DNA from: Hyalangium minutum
GTDB lineage: Bacteria; Myxococcota; Myxococcia; Myxococcales; Myxococcaceae
Assembly (NCBI RefSeq): GCF_000737315.1
Contig: NZ_JMCB01000006.1
Coordinates: forward strand, 868,001 to 932,000
Length of the DNA stretch: 64,000 nt
Reading direction: 5' to 3'
In this document: piece after piece, positions 18,961 to 29,013 of the stretch
Numbering within the stretch: position 1 is the stretch's first letter
Layout of the letters: the number at the start of each line of letters is the position of its first letter
Notes under the pieces: model-generated
Told to the model about the DNA's origin: nothing
The model's input: the letters and a program-made list of their open reading frames with translations, nothing else
Database searches by the model: none
Made by a program: the position numbers and the translations under genes

Positions 18961-19626
18961 TTAGCCGTTCTCGCGGGCCAACCGCGCCGCGTCACGCAGG
19001 AGCCGCTGGAAAGCCTCCTCGTCACGGCTCTCGTAGTAGCCGCGGATCTCCCCCATGCCGTCCACGAGCACGAAGTGGTCGCCGTGGAAGATGCCCATCA
19101 CGTCGGCCTCATCCAGGGACTGGCGGTCCATGTAGATCTTGAAGCTGTTGACGACGGTGTCCTTGATGGCGGCGTAGTCGCCGGTGAGGAAGCTCCAGCG
19201 AGCGGCGTTGGCGCCATGCTTCTGGGCGTACTCGGCCAGGCGCGCCGGGGTGTCATAGGCGGGGTCCACCGAGAAGGACACCAACTGCAGGCCGGGCCCG
19301 AACGCGTCCGTCTCCTTCTGGATGTGGGCCATCCTCCGGGTGAAGGCGGGGCAGACGGTGGGGCAGCGGGTGAAGATGAAATTGGCGACGTAGGGGTGGC
19401 CCTTGAGCTGGGCCGAGCCCCACGCGGAGCCGTCCTGCCGGGTGAAGGAGAACGCGGGCAGGGTGCCGAGCTGGGGCAGCGGCTGGGAGCGGGCGCGCAG
19501 GAAGCCTGCGGCGAGCACGGCCATCCCCAGCGCCATGACGGCCACTCCGAGCCAGAGCGCGGGGTGGCGGAGGAGCGGAATCGGGGCGGCGGGAGCGGGA
19601 GCGGAGGCAGGAGTCTCAGCGGACAT
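18961..19626 (-). CDS. SCO1/SenC family copper chaperone
   Basis: N-terminal TM, FIFTRCPTVCP (CxxxC), FHGDHFVLVD. Confidence 0.92.
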   Translation of the reverse strand: MSAETPASAPAPAAPIPLLRHPALWLGVAVMALGMAVLAAGFLRARSQPLPQLGTLPAFSFTRQDGSAWGSAQLKGHPYVANFIFTRCPTVCPAFTRRMAHIQKETDAFGPGLQLVSFSVDPAYDTPARLAEYAQKHGANAARWSFLTGDYAAIKDTVVNSFKIYMDRQSLDEADVMGIFHGDHFVLVDGMGEIRGYYESRDEEAFQRLLRDAARLARENG

Positions 19627-19966
19627 ATGAAGAAGGCCCTGGACGGAGGCAGCGGACAGCTAACGGAAGTACCACGGGAGCACAAGGGACGCGGTGACGC
19701 AGCGCGGTGCCCGAGGGTCCGAGAGCCTTGCCGGGAAGCGTGCACAGCGGGCGGGCATGCATTGCCTATATAAGGATGCGGGCCGAGCGTGCGGCGCTTG
19801 AGGGGCGTGGAGGGGCATGGTAGCCGGTGAGCCGATGCCCTGTGACCGCCCTGATCCGGTTGCCACGGCGGCCCTCTCGGAGTCCGGAGGGCCCCTGCGG
19901 CACGAGCCCTCTCTCCCGAGCATGTCCCTCCAGGCCTGGGCGCGGGCCCTGACGCGGTGCGTGCAG

Positions 19967-20173
19967 ATGCTGAGGACGGTGCTGGCGGCCGTGCTGGGCC
20001 TGCTGCCCGGGTGGGCGTGGGCGTGCCCAACGTGCGTGGCGAGGGCGCCGGAGTCGGCGGGGCGCTCGGCGCTGCTGGTGGGTGCGCTGCTGCTGGCGCC
20101 CTTCCTGCTGGTGGCGGTGGGCGTGTGGGCGGCGGTGCGGGTCGCGCGAGGTGATGCCAAGAGGAGCTCGTGA
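19967..20173 (+). CDS. Small exported/membrane protein with CPTC motif, first gene of the oxidase operon
   Basis: Signal-like ...AWACPTC followed by a TM helix; stop overlaps the subunit II ATG. Confidence 0.65.
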   Translation: MLRTVLAAVLGLLPGWAWACPTCVARAPESAGRSALLVGALLLAPFLLVAVGVWAAVRVARGDAKRSS

Positions 20174-20925
20174 TGGACGCCTCGCTGCTGGCGCCTCCGG
20201 AGAACGTGAGCGCGCACAGCCATCCCATCGATGCGTTGCTGGCGCTGAGCCACCGCTTCGATCTGATCCTGTCGGTGTTGATGCTGGGCGTGCTGGTGGG
20301 GTTCCTGTGGCACTTCCGAGGGGCTCGGAAGGTGGCGCCGGATGCGGGGACGATGCGGAGCCGGGCCTTCGTGATGGTGGCGGCGCTGACCATCTTCGGG
20401 GTGGTGGACGGGACGCTGTTCGCGCGCTCGCTGGGGTACCTGAACGACGTGCTGTGGAACTTCGAGGTGCCGGAGAAGAGCCCGGACACGGTGCGCGTGG
20501 AGGTGAACGCGCGGCAGTGGGCCTGGGAGGTGCGGTACGCGGGCGAGGATGGGCGCTTCAACACGGCGGATGACGTGCTGACGTGGAGCGAGCTGCGGGT
20601 GCCGGTGGGCGCGCCGGTGTGGGTGCAGCTGGCGTCCTCGGACGTGGTGCATGGGTTCTCGCTGCCGAACCTGCGGGTGAAGCTGGATGCGATCCCGGGC
20701 CGGGTGAACCAGACGTGGTTCCAGACGGCGCGCGAGGGCACGTGGGAAGTGGCCTGCTACCAGCACTGCGGCACGAGCCACTACAAGATGCGGGGCACGC
20801 TCACGGTCATGTCCCCGGAGGCGTACGCCACGTGGCTGCGCGAGGCGGGGAAGCAGGCGGGGCAGGCGTATGACGCGCAGGACACGGCCGCGCACTGGGG
20901 CTGGGAGTGGAGGCCCGCGCCATGA
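20170..20925 (+). CDS. coxB: Heme-copper oxidase subunit II (CuA)
   Basis: Two TMs; RQWAW; DVVHGF; CYQHCGTSHYKM CuA motif. Confidence 0.92.
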   Translation: MMDASLLAPPENVSAHSHPIDALLALSHRFDLILSVLMLGVLVGFLWHFRGARKVAPDAGTMRSRAFVMVAALTIFGVVDGTLFARSLGYLNDVLWNFEVPEKSPDTVRVEVNARQWAWEVRYAGEDGRFNTADDVLTWSELRVPVGAPVWVQLASSDVVHGFSLPNLRVKLDAIPGRVNQTWFQTAREGTWEVACYQHCGTSHYKMRGTLTVMSPEAYATWLREAGKQAGQAYDAQDTAAHWGWEWRPAP

Positions 20926-22676
20926 AGCTCTTCTCCACGGATCATAAGGTGGTGGCGCGGCAGTTCCTCTGGGCGGGGTTCGGGTTCCTGCTGGTGGGCG
21001 GGCTGCTGGCGATGCTCATCCGCTGGCAGTGGGCGTTCCCGGGGCGGGCGGTGCCGGGGCTCGGGTGGGCGCTGCCGAGCTCGGGCGGGGCGCTCACGCC
21101 GCCGGCGTACACGGGCGTCTTCACCATGCACGGGCTGCTGATGGTGTTCTTCGCCATCGCGCCGCTGTTGATTGGAGCGCTGGGTAACTTCGTCATTCCG
21201 CTGGCGGTGGGCGCTCGGGGCATGGCGTTCCCGCGGGTGTCGGCACTGAGCTTCTGGGTGTTCGCGGTGGGCGGGGTGCTGGTGCTGGCCTCGTTCGGGG
21301 TGCGGCTGGGGACGGCGAGCGCGGCGTGGACGAGCTACCCGCCGCTGTCCACGCACGTGTTCACGCCGGGCGTGGGGCAGACGCTGGTGATGGCGGGGGT
21401 GGTGTGCGCGGCGCTCTCGTCGTTTCTGGGCGCGGTGAACTACGTGGTGACGGTGGTGCGGTGCCGGGCGCCAGGGATGGAGTGGAAGCGGCTGCCGCTG
21501 ACGGTGTGGGGGCTGTTCTTCACGTCGGTGCTGAACCTGCTGTTCATCCCGGTGGTGGCGGCGGCCACGGGGATGCTGTTGATGGACCGGCTGGCGGGCA
21601 CGCGGTTCTTCCTCGAGGGCGCGGCGCTGACGCCGGGCACCGGGGGTGACCCGATGCTCTACCAGCACCTGTTCTGGCTGTTCGGGCACCCCGAGGTCTA
21701 CATCCTCATCCTGCCGGGCTGGGGGATGATCGGAGACATGGTGGCCTTCTTCAGCCGGAGGCCGGCGCACGGGTACCGGGGTACGGTGCTGGCGATGGGC
21801 GTCATCTCCTCGCTGTCCGGGCTGGTGTACGCGCACCACCTCTTCACGAGCGGGCTGTCGCCGATGCTGGGGCGGGCGTTCAGCACGCTGACGATGATCA
21901 TCTCGCTGCCGTCCACGGTGCTGTTCCTGAACTGGCTGGCGACGCTGTTCCGCGGGAGCGTGCGGCTGACGGCGCCGCTGCTGGCAGCGGTGAGCGCCAT
22001 GGTGGTGTTCGGGCTGGGAGGGATTACGGGGCTGGCGCTGGGGACGGTGGCCACGGACATTCCGCTGCACGGGACGATGTGGGTGGTGGGGCACTTCCAC
22101 CTGACGATGGGGGCGGCGAGCTTCCTGGCGGTGTTCGCGGGGCTGTACTTCTGGTTCCCGAAGATGTTCGGGCGGACGCTGCACGCGGGGCTGTCGAGGG
22201 CGCACGTGCTGCTGAGCGCGGTGCTGTTCCTGGCGGTGTTCGGCGGGCAGCTGATGACGGGGTACGCGGGGCAGCTGCGGCGGTTGTATGACCCGTACCA
22301 GTACACGTTCCTGAAGCACCTGCTGGAGCTGAACCAGTGGACGAGCTTCGCGGCGTTCGCGCTGGGGCTGACGCAGCTGCTGTTCGTGGTGAACCTGGTG
22401 TGGACGCTGCGCAAGGGGCCGGCGGCGGATGCGAACCCGTGGCAGGTGGGGACGCTCGAGTGGACGTGCGCGCCGAGCCCGCCGCCGGTGGACAACTACC
22501 CGCAGGTGCCGGTGGTGGTGCGCGGGCCGTATGCGCTCTCGCAGCCGGAGGTGATGGATCGGCTGGGGCGCGATTGGATTGGCCAGGCGGAGGTGCTGCC
22601 GGGAGAGGCGGCGCCCGCGGCGGAGGGTGAAGCCGCGCAGCCGGGACCGGTGCAGAGCGTGGGAGGGACGGCATGA
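20922..22676 (+). CDS. coxA: Heme-copper oxidase subunit I, A-type-like but with altered proton-channel residues
   Basis: TMHG, WLFGHPEVY, AHHLF, GHFH, LRR; ATGA overlap with subunit II. Confidence 0.93.
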   Translation: MKLFSTDHKVVARQFLWAGFGFLLVGGLLAMLIRWQWAFPGRAVPGLGWALPSSGGALTPPAYTGVFTMHGLLMVFFAIAPLLIGALGNFVIPLAVGARGMAFPRVSALSFWVFAVGGVLVLASFGVRLGTASAAWTSYPPLSTHVFTPGVGQTLVMAGVVCAALSSFLGAVNYVVTVVRCRAPGMEWKRLPLTVWGLFFTSVLNLLFIPVVAAATGMLLMDRLAGTRFFLEGAALTPGTGGDPMLYQHLFWLFGHPEVYILILPGWGMIGDMVAFFSRRPAHGYRGTVLAMGVISSLSGLVYAHHLFTSGLSPMLGRAFSTLTMIISLPSTVLFLNWLATLFRGSVRLTAPLLAAVSAMVVFGLGGITGLALGTVATDIPLHGTMWVVGHFHLTMGAASFLAVFAGLYFWFPKMFGRTLHAGLSRAHVLLSAVLFLAVFGGQLMTGYAGQLRRLYDPYQYTFLKHLLELNQWTSFAAFALGLTQLLFVVNLVWTLRKGPAADANPWQVGTLEWTCAPSPPPVDNYPQVPVVVRGPYALSQPEVMDRLGRDWIGQAEVLPGEAAPAAEGEAAQPGPVQSVGGTA

Positions 22677-23233
22677 CGCCCGTGGAGACGCCTGCTCCCG
22701 CGGGGCGAACAGACGCGGGGACGGACTGGTTCGGAGCCGTGGTGGCGCTGAGCGCGTGGGGGATGCTCTTCGCGGCGCTGGCGTTCTCGGTGGGCTACCT
22801 GCGGATGCGGGACCCGTGGCCGCTGGCGGGGATGCCGCCGCTGCCGAGGATTCTCCCGGCAGTGTCGGTGGGGCTGCTCGGGGTGGCGGCAGCGCTGCTG
22901 CACCTGAGCGGGCGCGGGGCGAAGGCGCTGCCGTGGGCCGGGGGTGCGCTGGGAGCCTTGGTGGCCTCGCTTGCGGTGCAGGGGCTCGTGATGAGCACGC
23001 TGTGGAGTGCGGGGCTGAAGCTGCCGCAGGGTGGGGCGTACGCGTCCGTGGTGTACGGACTGGGCGCGGTGCACGGTGCGCACGTGGTGGCGGGAGGGGT
23101 GGGCCTGGTGCGCGAGCTGGTGCGAGGGCTGCGAGGCGTGGAGGTGCGCGGAGCGCTGCGGCTCTGGGCGCTCTATGGAGCTTTCCTGACGGTGACGGGG
23201 CTGATCCTCTTCGCGGCGGTGTACCTGCCATGA
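22673..23233 (+). CDS. Short heme-copper oxidase subunit III-like protein
   Basis: About five TMs; LFAALAFS and YGL.AVHGAHV motifs; overlapping start. Confidence 0.75.
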   Translation: MTPVETPAPAGRTDAGTDWFGAVVALSAWGMLFAALAFSVGYLRMRDPWPLAGMPPLPRILPAVSVGLLGVAAALLHLSGRGAKALPWAGGALGALVASLAVQGLVMSTLWSAGLKLPQGGAYASVVYGLGAVHGAHVVAGGVGLVRELVRGLRGVEVRGALRLWALYGAFLTVTGLILFAAVYLP

Positions 23234-24219
23234 GCGCGAGACGCACGGGGCTGGGGTGGTTGCCGGTGCTGGTGGCGCTCGGGGTGGGGTGCAGCGCGGG
23301 GGCACCGGCGCCGAAGCTCGAGCCGCTGAAGCTGGGCGACGGGCGCACGGTGGCGGCGGAGACGCTGGAGCGCGGGCGGGACGTGTACGCGTACTACTGC
23401 CTGTCCTGCCACGGCTCGGGAGGGGATGGGCAGGGGCCGGCGGCGGTGGGGATGCGTCCACCGCCTCGGAACTTCAAGCAGGGGCTGTTCAAGTTTGGCG
23501 GAGTGGCGGCGGGTGAGCTGCCCACGGACGAGGCGCTGAAGCGCACGGTGCGGCGAGGGCTGCACGGCACGCCGATGCTGCCGTGGGGTGTGCCGGAGGC
23601 GGACGTGGAGGCGGTGGTGCAGTACGTGAAGACGTTCAGCCCGCGCTGGCAGCAGGAGGCGCCGGGGCAGCCGCTGGAGGCGTCGGCGGATCCGTGGAAG
23701 GGGCGCGAGGCGGAGGCGGTGGAGCGGGGCAAGCGGGCCTACCACGTGGCGGGGAAGGGGAACGCGGGGTGCTCGGGGTGCCACATCTCGTACTTGCCGA
23801 AGCCGGAGCTGGAGGTGCTGGTGGAGCAGGTGACGGGGCGCAAGGTGGACCTGAGCAAGGTGGATCCGTACACGCAGCAGGCGCGGGACTCGGACTACAC
23901 GGTGGCGGTGGACGACAAGGGCGAGCCCGCGCAGATGGCGAGGGTGTTGCCGCCAGACTTCCTGATGCACCGGCTGCGGACGGTGTGGCCGCTGGGGACG
24001 GAGGTGGAGGGAGCGGAGTACACGCCGGAGCGGCAGCGCGAGGACCTGTACCGGGTGATTGCGGCGGGCGTGGGCGGGGCGGCGATGCCGACGTGGAAGG
24101 GCGCCATTCCCGAGGAGAACCTGTGGGCGCTCGCGTACTACGTGCAGACGCTGGTGAACCAGCGAGACACGGCCGAGGGCCGCGCGTTCAAAGCGCGCCT
24201 GCGCAACCCGGCGAAGTGA
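23230..24219 (+). CDS. Diheme cytochrome c lipoprotein
   Basis: Lipobox LGVGC; CLSCH and CSGCH; PPPRNF, GTPMLPW and AAMPTW. Confidence 0.88.
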   Translation: MSARRTGLGWLPVLVALGVGCSAGAPAPKLEPLKLGDGRTVAAETLERGRDVYAYYCLSCHGSGGDGQGPAAVGMRPPPRNFKQGLFKFGGVAAGELPTDEALKRTVRRGLHGTPMLPWGVPEADVEAVVQYVKTFSPRWQQEAPGQPLEASADPWKGREAEAVERGKRAYHVAGKGNAGCSGCHISYLPKPELEVLVEQVTGRKVDLSKVDPYTQQARDSDYTVAVDDKGEPAQMARVLPPDFLMHRLRTVWPLGTEVEGAEYTPERQREDLYRVIAAGVGGAAMPTWKGAIPEENLWALAYYVQTLVNQRDTAEGRAFKARLRNPAK

Positions 24220-24324
24220 CGCTTTCCATATTGAGCGAGCGTGACCAGCCTACCTGATAGGTTGGTTCCTCGTCTAGAGTCCGAGGCCATGACGTGTCAG
24301 ACCCCTCAGGTAGGGTGCTGGTCC

Positions 24325-25215
24325 ATGGCTTCCATGCAGCACGAAGGACTCCTGCTCTTGTTCCGCAACCGGCCCACGTTGGCGCCGGAGCTGTTGCGTG
24401 ATGCGCTCGGTCTGAAGTTGCCGGCCTGGACGGAGGCGCGGGTGGAGTCCGCGGAGCTCACCGAGGTGGTCCCCACCGAGTACCGAGCAGACCTCGTGGT
24501 GCTTCTGCTGGAGGGCAAGCCCATCTTCGCCATTGTGGTGGAGGTGCAGCTGTCGCGGGACGAGGACAAGCGGAAGACGTGGCCGCTGTACCTGACGAGC
24601 CTGCGCTCACGAGTGGGCTGTCCCACCGCATTGCTGGTGGTCGCTCCGGATGCCTCGGTGGCGCGATGGTGCGCACAGCCCATCGAGCTGGGGCACCCAG
24701 GCTTCACACTGCATCCGCTGGTGGCAGGGCCAGGCGCCATCCCTGTCGTTACCAACGAGCAGGAGGCCTGTCAGGACCCAGAGTTGGCGGTGCTGTCGGC
24801 AATGGCCCATGGGCGTGAAGAGGTGGGCATGGCCGTCGCCCAGACGGTTATGAACGCCTTGGGGGACCTTGATACGGAACGTGTCCGCCTTTACGTTGAC
24901 CTGGCCATGTCCTCGCTGAGCGAGGCGGCCCGTGGTGCCTTGGAGGCTCTGATGCAGAGTGGCAAGTACGAGTACCAGAGCGAGTTCGCGCGAAAGTACG
25001 TGGCACAGGGGCGTGAAGAGGGGCTCCGGGAGGGGCTTCAGCAGGGCCGGTATGAGGGCGAGCGGGCAGCACTGCTCGAAGTGCTCAATGCCCGGGGCCT
25101 CCAGGTGGATGAGACCACTCTTCATCGAATCATGGGCTGCTCAGACCTCGCGCAGCTCAAGAGCTGGCTGCGCAAGGCTGCGACGGCACAATCCACCCAA
25201 GAGCTCTTCGCGTGA
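24325..25215 (+). CDS. Rpn-like PD-(D/E)xK nuclease (putative transposase family)
   Basis: YRADLVV...IVVEVQ motif; C-terminal GREEGLREGLQQGRYEGE repeats; less GC3-biased than neighbours. Confidence 0.8.
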   Translation: MASMQHEGLLLLFRNRPTLAPELLRDALGLKLPAWTEARVESAELTEVVPTEYRADLVVLLLEGKPIFAIVVEVQLSRDEDKRKTWPLYLTSLRSRVGCPTALLVVAPDASVARWCAQPIELGHPGFTLHPLVAGPGAIPVVTNEQEACQDPELAVLSAMAHGREEVGMAVAQTVMNALGDLDTERVRLYVDLAMSSLSEAARGALEALMQSGKYEYQSEFARKYVAQGREEGLREGLQQGRYEGERAALLEVLNARGLQVDETTLHRIMGCSDLAQLKSWLRKAATAQSTQELFA

Positions 25216-25450
25216 GCTGCGTTCCTCACGGAGCTTGAGCGGGACAGAGGGCACTCCACTGAGGGTTTTCCTTTAGAACGGTAGCTCCTTCGCGAGGGCC
25301 TGTGCTTCGGTGCGCCTGTACGCTAGGACGGCCCACATCGGAGCAGCCATGAGCCCACTCGCCGACGGATGACCTACTCCTCTTCAACGGTTCGAACGCG
25401 GCAGCAGCGAACCCATTCCCGGCTTCTGCTAAGCCTGGGAGCCGTCCTCT

Positions 25451-28400
25451 ATGGTCCTCCCGCTCCACACCCCAGCATTCCAGCAGGCAGGCTCTGGGAC
25501 ACCCGTGGGCGGCGACCCGAAGTTCGATCCCCTCCTGGACAGCATCACCGATGGCATCGTCTCGGTGGACCGGGAGTGGCGCGTCACCTACCTCAATGCC
25601 GTGACCGAGCGGCTCGCAGGCCGCTCGCGTGAGTCCCTGCTGGGCAAGGTGCTCTGGGCCGAGCTCCCCGACCTGACCCAGACGCCCTTCGCCGCGGCCA
25701 TCCGCCAGTCCATGGAGACCGGCAGCCAGGCCACCCTCACGGACTATTTCCCACCCACGGACTCGTGGTTCGAGATCCGCGTCTTCCCCTCAGCCGCGGG
25801 ACTTGTGCTCATCCTCCGCGACATCACCGAGATGCGTCAGGCCGAGGTGGAACGCCTCCGGCTGCTGGCCGCCGAGCGCTCCGCCCGCGAGCAGGCCGAG
25901 CGCACCGCTGACCGGATCACGCGCCTCCAGGAGCTCACCGCCCACCTCTCCGCGGCCCGCTCCCCCGAAGAGGTGATGTCCGTGGCCGTGGATCGCATCA
26001 TGGCCTCGGTGGGCGCCAACCTGGCCATGGTGGCCCTGCCCGTCGAGGGCCAGGATGTCCTTCGAACGGTGGCCTACAACGGCCACTCACGCCAGGTGTC
26101 CCACGACTTCCAGCTCATGCCGCTGGATGCGCCCCTGCCCGTCTCCGCCACCTACCGCTCCGGCCAGCCCGAGTGGCTCGAGTCTTCCGAAGCCCTGGTG
26201 TCTCGCTACCCGAACCTCCACCCACTGCTCCGGGAGCAGTCCCTGACCCGCTCGCTGGCGAGCATGCCCATGGTGGTCGAGAGCCGGGTGGTCGGCGTGC
26301 TGGCGCTGTGCTTCCCCGAGCCGCGTGCCTTCTCGGGTGATGACCGCGAGTTCCTCCTGGTGCTGGCGCGGCACTGCGCGCTGGCCATCGAGCGCTCGCG
26401 GCTGCTGGCCGAGGTGGAGGCCCAGCGCGCCCGGCTCGAGGAACTGGTGATGCGCGCCCCCGCGGTGATGTCCGTCACCCGGGGCCCCGAGCACCGCTTC
26501 GTCCTCTGCAATCCGCGCTACCGCCACCTGCTGGGCGGACGTGACGTGACGGGGCTGACCGCGCGCCAGGCCATCCCGGGCCCCGAGGGCCAGAACGTCC
26601 TCGATATCCTGAACCGCGTCTTCGCCACCGGAGAGCCCTTCGTCGGCAAGGAGCTCCCCGGGCGCCTCGGAGCGTCCACCGCGGATGTGACGATGTCCGA
26701 GAGCTACTTCGACTTCGTCTACCAGCCGCTGCGCGACGCCGAGGGGCGCGTGGAGGGCATTGCCTCGTTCGCCTTCGAGGTGACGGATCAGGTGCTCGCG
26801 CGGCAGACCGTGGAGGAGCTGCTGCGGGACATGGCGCGCAGCGAGGAGCGCTTCCGCGCCTTCCTCACCGCCACCTCGGAGATCATCTGGGACATGCCGC
26901 CCCAGGGCGAGTTCGATGCGGATCAGCCGGGCTGGCGCACGTTCACCGGCCAGACGCGGGCACAGTTGCTGGGCTGGGGCTGGCTGGACGCAGTGCACCC
27001 GGAGGACCGCGAGTACGCGGCGCGAGAGTGGCGCCGGGCGGTGGCCGCGAGCACGCCCTACCAGGGCGAAGTGCGGCTGCGGCGCCATGACGGGGTGTAC
27101 CGGTACATGCAGGTGCGCGCGGTGCCGGTGCTGGAGCTGAACGGAGCGGTGCGCGAGTGGGTGGGCATCCACCGCGACATCACCCGCCAGCGCGAGGACG
27201 AGGCCGAGCGCGCGCGGCTCCTCATGCGCGAGCAGTACCACCGGGCGCAGCTCCAGGGGCTGGCGCAGGCCTCGCTGGCCATTGGGCGGGCGCCCTCGCT
27301 GGATCAGGCGCTGCGCGTCATCACCGAGCAGGCGCGGGAGCTCATCGGCGCGCACCAGGCCGTGACGAGCCTCTCCACGGGCGAGGACTGGGCGCAGGCC
27401 ATCCACACCGTCTCGCTGTCGGCCAAGTACGCCGCGTGGCGTGACTACGCGGCGCCGGTGGACGGCTCGGGCATCTACGCGAAGGTGTGCGAGAGCAACC
27501 AGCCGGCGCGGATGACGCAGGCGGAGCTGGAGGCTCACCCGAGGTGGCACGGCTTCGGGGCGCACAAGGGCAAGCACCCGCCCATGCGGGGCTGGCTCGC
27601 GGTGCCGATGGTGGACCGCAATGGGCGCAACCTCGGGTTGATCCAGCTGTCGGACCGGTACGAGGGCGACTTCACCGCCGAGGACGAGGCCATCCTGGTG
27701 CAGCTGGCCCGGCTGGCGGCGGTGGCCATCGAGAACGCGCGGCTCATGGCGGAGTCCCAGGCGGCCAACCGCGCCAAGGACGAGTTCCTCGCGGTCATGA
27801 GCCACGAGCTGCGCACGCCCCTCACGGCGGTGCTGGGCTGGACGCAGATGCTGCGCAACCAGAAGGACAACGCCGTCATCCGCGAGAAGGGCCTGGAAGT
27901 CATCGAGCGCAACGCGCGCTCGCTGGCGCAGCTCATCGAGGACGTGCTGGACGTGTCGCGCATCCTCACGGGGAAGCTGGCGCTGCACCGCAAGGCGGTG
28001 GACCTGGCCACAGTGGTGCAGGCCGCGGTGGAGGTGGTGCGGCCTCGCGCCGAGCAGAAGAGCGTGTCGCTGGCGGTGTCCGTGGGCCCAGGGACGGGGC
28101 ACGTGACGGGGGACCCGGGACGGCTGCAGCAGGTGTTCTGGAACCTGCTGGCCAACGCGGTGAAGTTCACGCAAGAGGGCGGCACGGTGGAGGTGCAGCT
28201 GGAGCGGGCCGAGGCGGAGTGGCGGGTGCGGGTGAAGGACACGGGCCAGGGCATCCACGCGGACGCGCTGCCGCACCTGTTCGAGCGCTTCTGGCAGGCG
28301 GACGGCAGCAGCACGCGCGAGCACGGCGGGCTGGGGCTGGGGCTCGCCATCGTCCGGCACCTGGTGGAGCTGCACGGCGGAACGGTGGAGGCGGAGAGCG

Positions 28401-28891
28401 CGGGGCTGGGGCTGGGCGCCACCTTCACGGTCCGGCTGCCGCTGCCCGTGGTGCTGCCGGAGGCCGAGCGCTCGGCCTCGGGCGAGGGCGCCGCGAAGAG
28501 CCCTGCGCGGCTGGACGGCGTCCGGGTGCTGCTGGTGGAGGACGCGGAGGACGCGCGCGAGCTCATTACCCTGCTGCTGCGCGATCGCGGCGCGGAGGTG
28601 CGCACGGCCGCCAACGGCCGCGACGCCATGGAGCGGCTCACCGAGGCGCTGCCGGACGTGCTCATCTCCGACATCGGCCTGCCCGGCGAGGACGGCCACG
28701 CGGTGCTCAAGCGCGTGCGCGACTGGGCGGACACGAAGGGCGAGTGGATCCCCGCGATTGCACTCACAGCGTACGCCGGGGCGGAGGACGCCCGCCGGGC
28801 CTACCGGGCCGGCTTCCAGGTGCACATGGCCAAGCCGCTGGAGGCCGAGGCCCTGGTCGAGGCCGTGGCGAAGCTGTCCGGTCAGGAATGA
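25451..28891 (+). CDS. Hybrid sensor histidine kinase PAS-GAF-PAS-PAS-GAF-HisKA-HATPase-REC
   Basis: FLAVMSHELRTPL, NLLANAVKFT, DTGQGI, GGLGLGL, ISDIGLPG. Confidence 0.95.
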   Translation: MVLPLHTPAFQQAGSGTPVGGDPKFDPLLDSITDGIVSVDREWRVTYLNAVTERLAGRSRESLLGKVLWAELPDLTQTPFAAAIRQSMETGSQATLTDYFPPTDSWFEIRVFPSAAGLVLILRDITEMRQAEVERLRLLAAERSAREQAERTADRITRLQELTAHLSAARSPEEVMSVAVDRIMASVGANLAMVALPVEGQDVLRTVAYNGHSRQVSHDFQLMPLDAPLPVSATYRSGQPEWLESSEALVSRYPNLHPLLREQSLTRSLASMPMVVESRVVGVLALCFPEPRAFSGDDREFLLVLARHCALAIERSRLLAEVEAQRARLEELVMRAPAVMSVTRGPEHRFVLCNPRYRHLLGGRDVTGLTARQAIPGPEGQNVLDILNRVFATGEPFVGKELPGRLGASTADVTMSESYFDFVYQPLRDAEGRVEGIASFAFEVTDQVLARQTVEELLRDMARSEERFRAFLTATSEIIWDMPPQGEFDADQPGWRTFTGQTRAQLLGWGWLDAVHPEDREYAAREWRRAVAASTPYQGEVRLRRHDGVYRYMQVRAVPVLELNGAVREWVGIHRDITRQREDEAERARLLMREQYHRAQLQGLAQASLAIGRAPSLDQALRVITEQARELIGAHQAVTSLSTGEDWAQAIHTVSLSAKYAAWRDYAAPVDGSGIYAKVCESNQPARMTQAELEAHPRWHGFGAHKGKHPPMRGWLAVPMVDRNGRNLGLIQLSDRYEGDFTAEDEAILVQLARLAAVAIENARLMAESQAANRAKDEFLAVMSHELRTPLTAVLGWTQMLRNQKDNAVIREKGLEVIERNARSLAQLIEDVLDVSRILTGKLALHRKAVDLATVVQAAVEVVRPRAEQKSVSLAVSVGPGTGHVTGDPGRLQQVFWNLLANAVKFTQEGGTVEVQLERAEAEWRVRVKDTGQGIHADALPHLFERFWQADGSSTREHGGLGLGLAIVRHLVELHGGTVEAESAGLGLGATFTVRLPLPVVLPEAERSASGEGAAKSPARLDGVRVLLVEDAEDARELITLLLRDRGAEVRTAANGRDAMERLTEALPDVLISDIGLPGEDGHAVLKRVRDWADTKGEWIPAIALTAYAGAEDARRAYRAGFQVHMAKPLEAEALVEAVAKLSGQE

Positions 28892-29013
28892 CCCATTGCG
28901 TCATGTAGCGGGGAGGACCTGCCCGGCTGATCGGAGGGGGAGGCGCAACTTCTCCCAGGCTCGTGCGAGAATCAGACGAAGATTTACCCCTTTGTCTCCC
29001 GCGGAGTCCTCCC

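Noticed and set aside
20922-22676. Possible nitric oxide reductase
   Set aside because: The active-site Tyr of HPEVY is retained and the non-heme-iron Glu pattern of cNOR/qNOR is not evident; kept as an atypical oxidase.
24241-25215. IS element
   Set aside because: No terminal inverted repeats or target-site duplication seen; Rpn-family proteins are not proven transposases.
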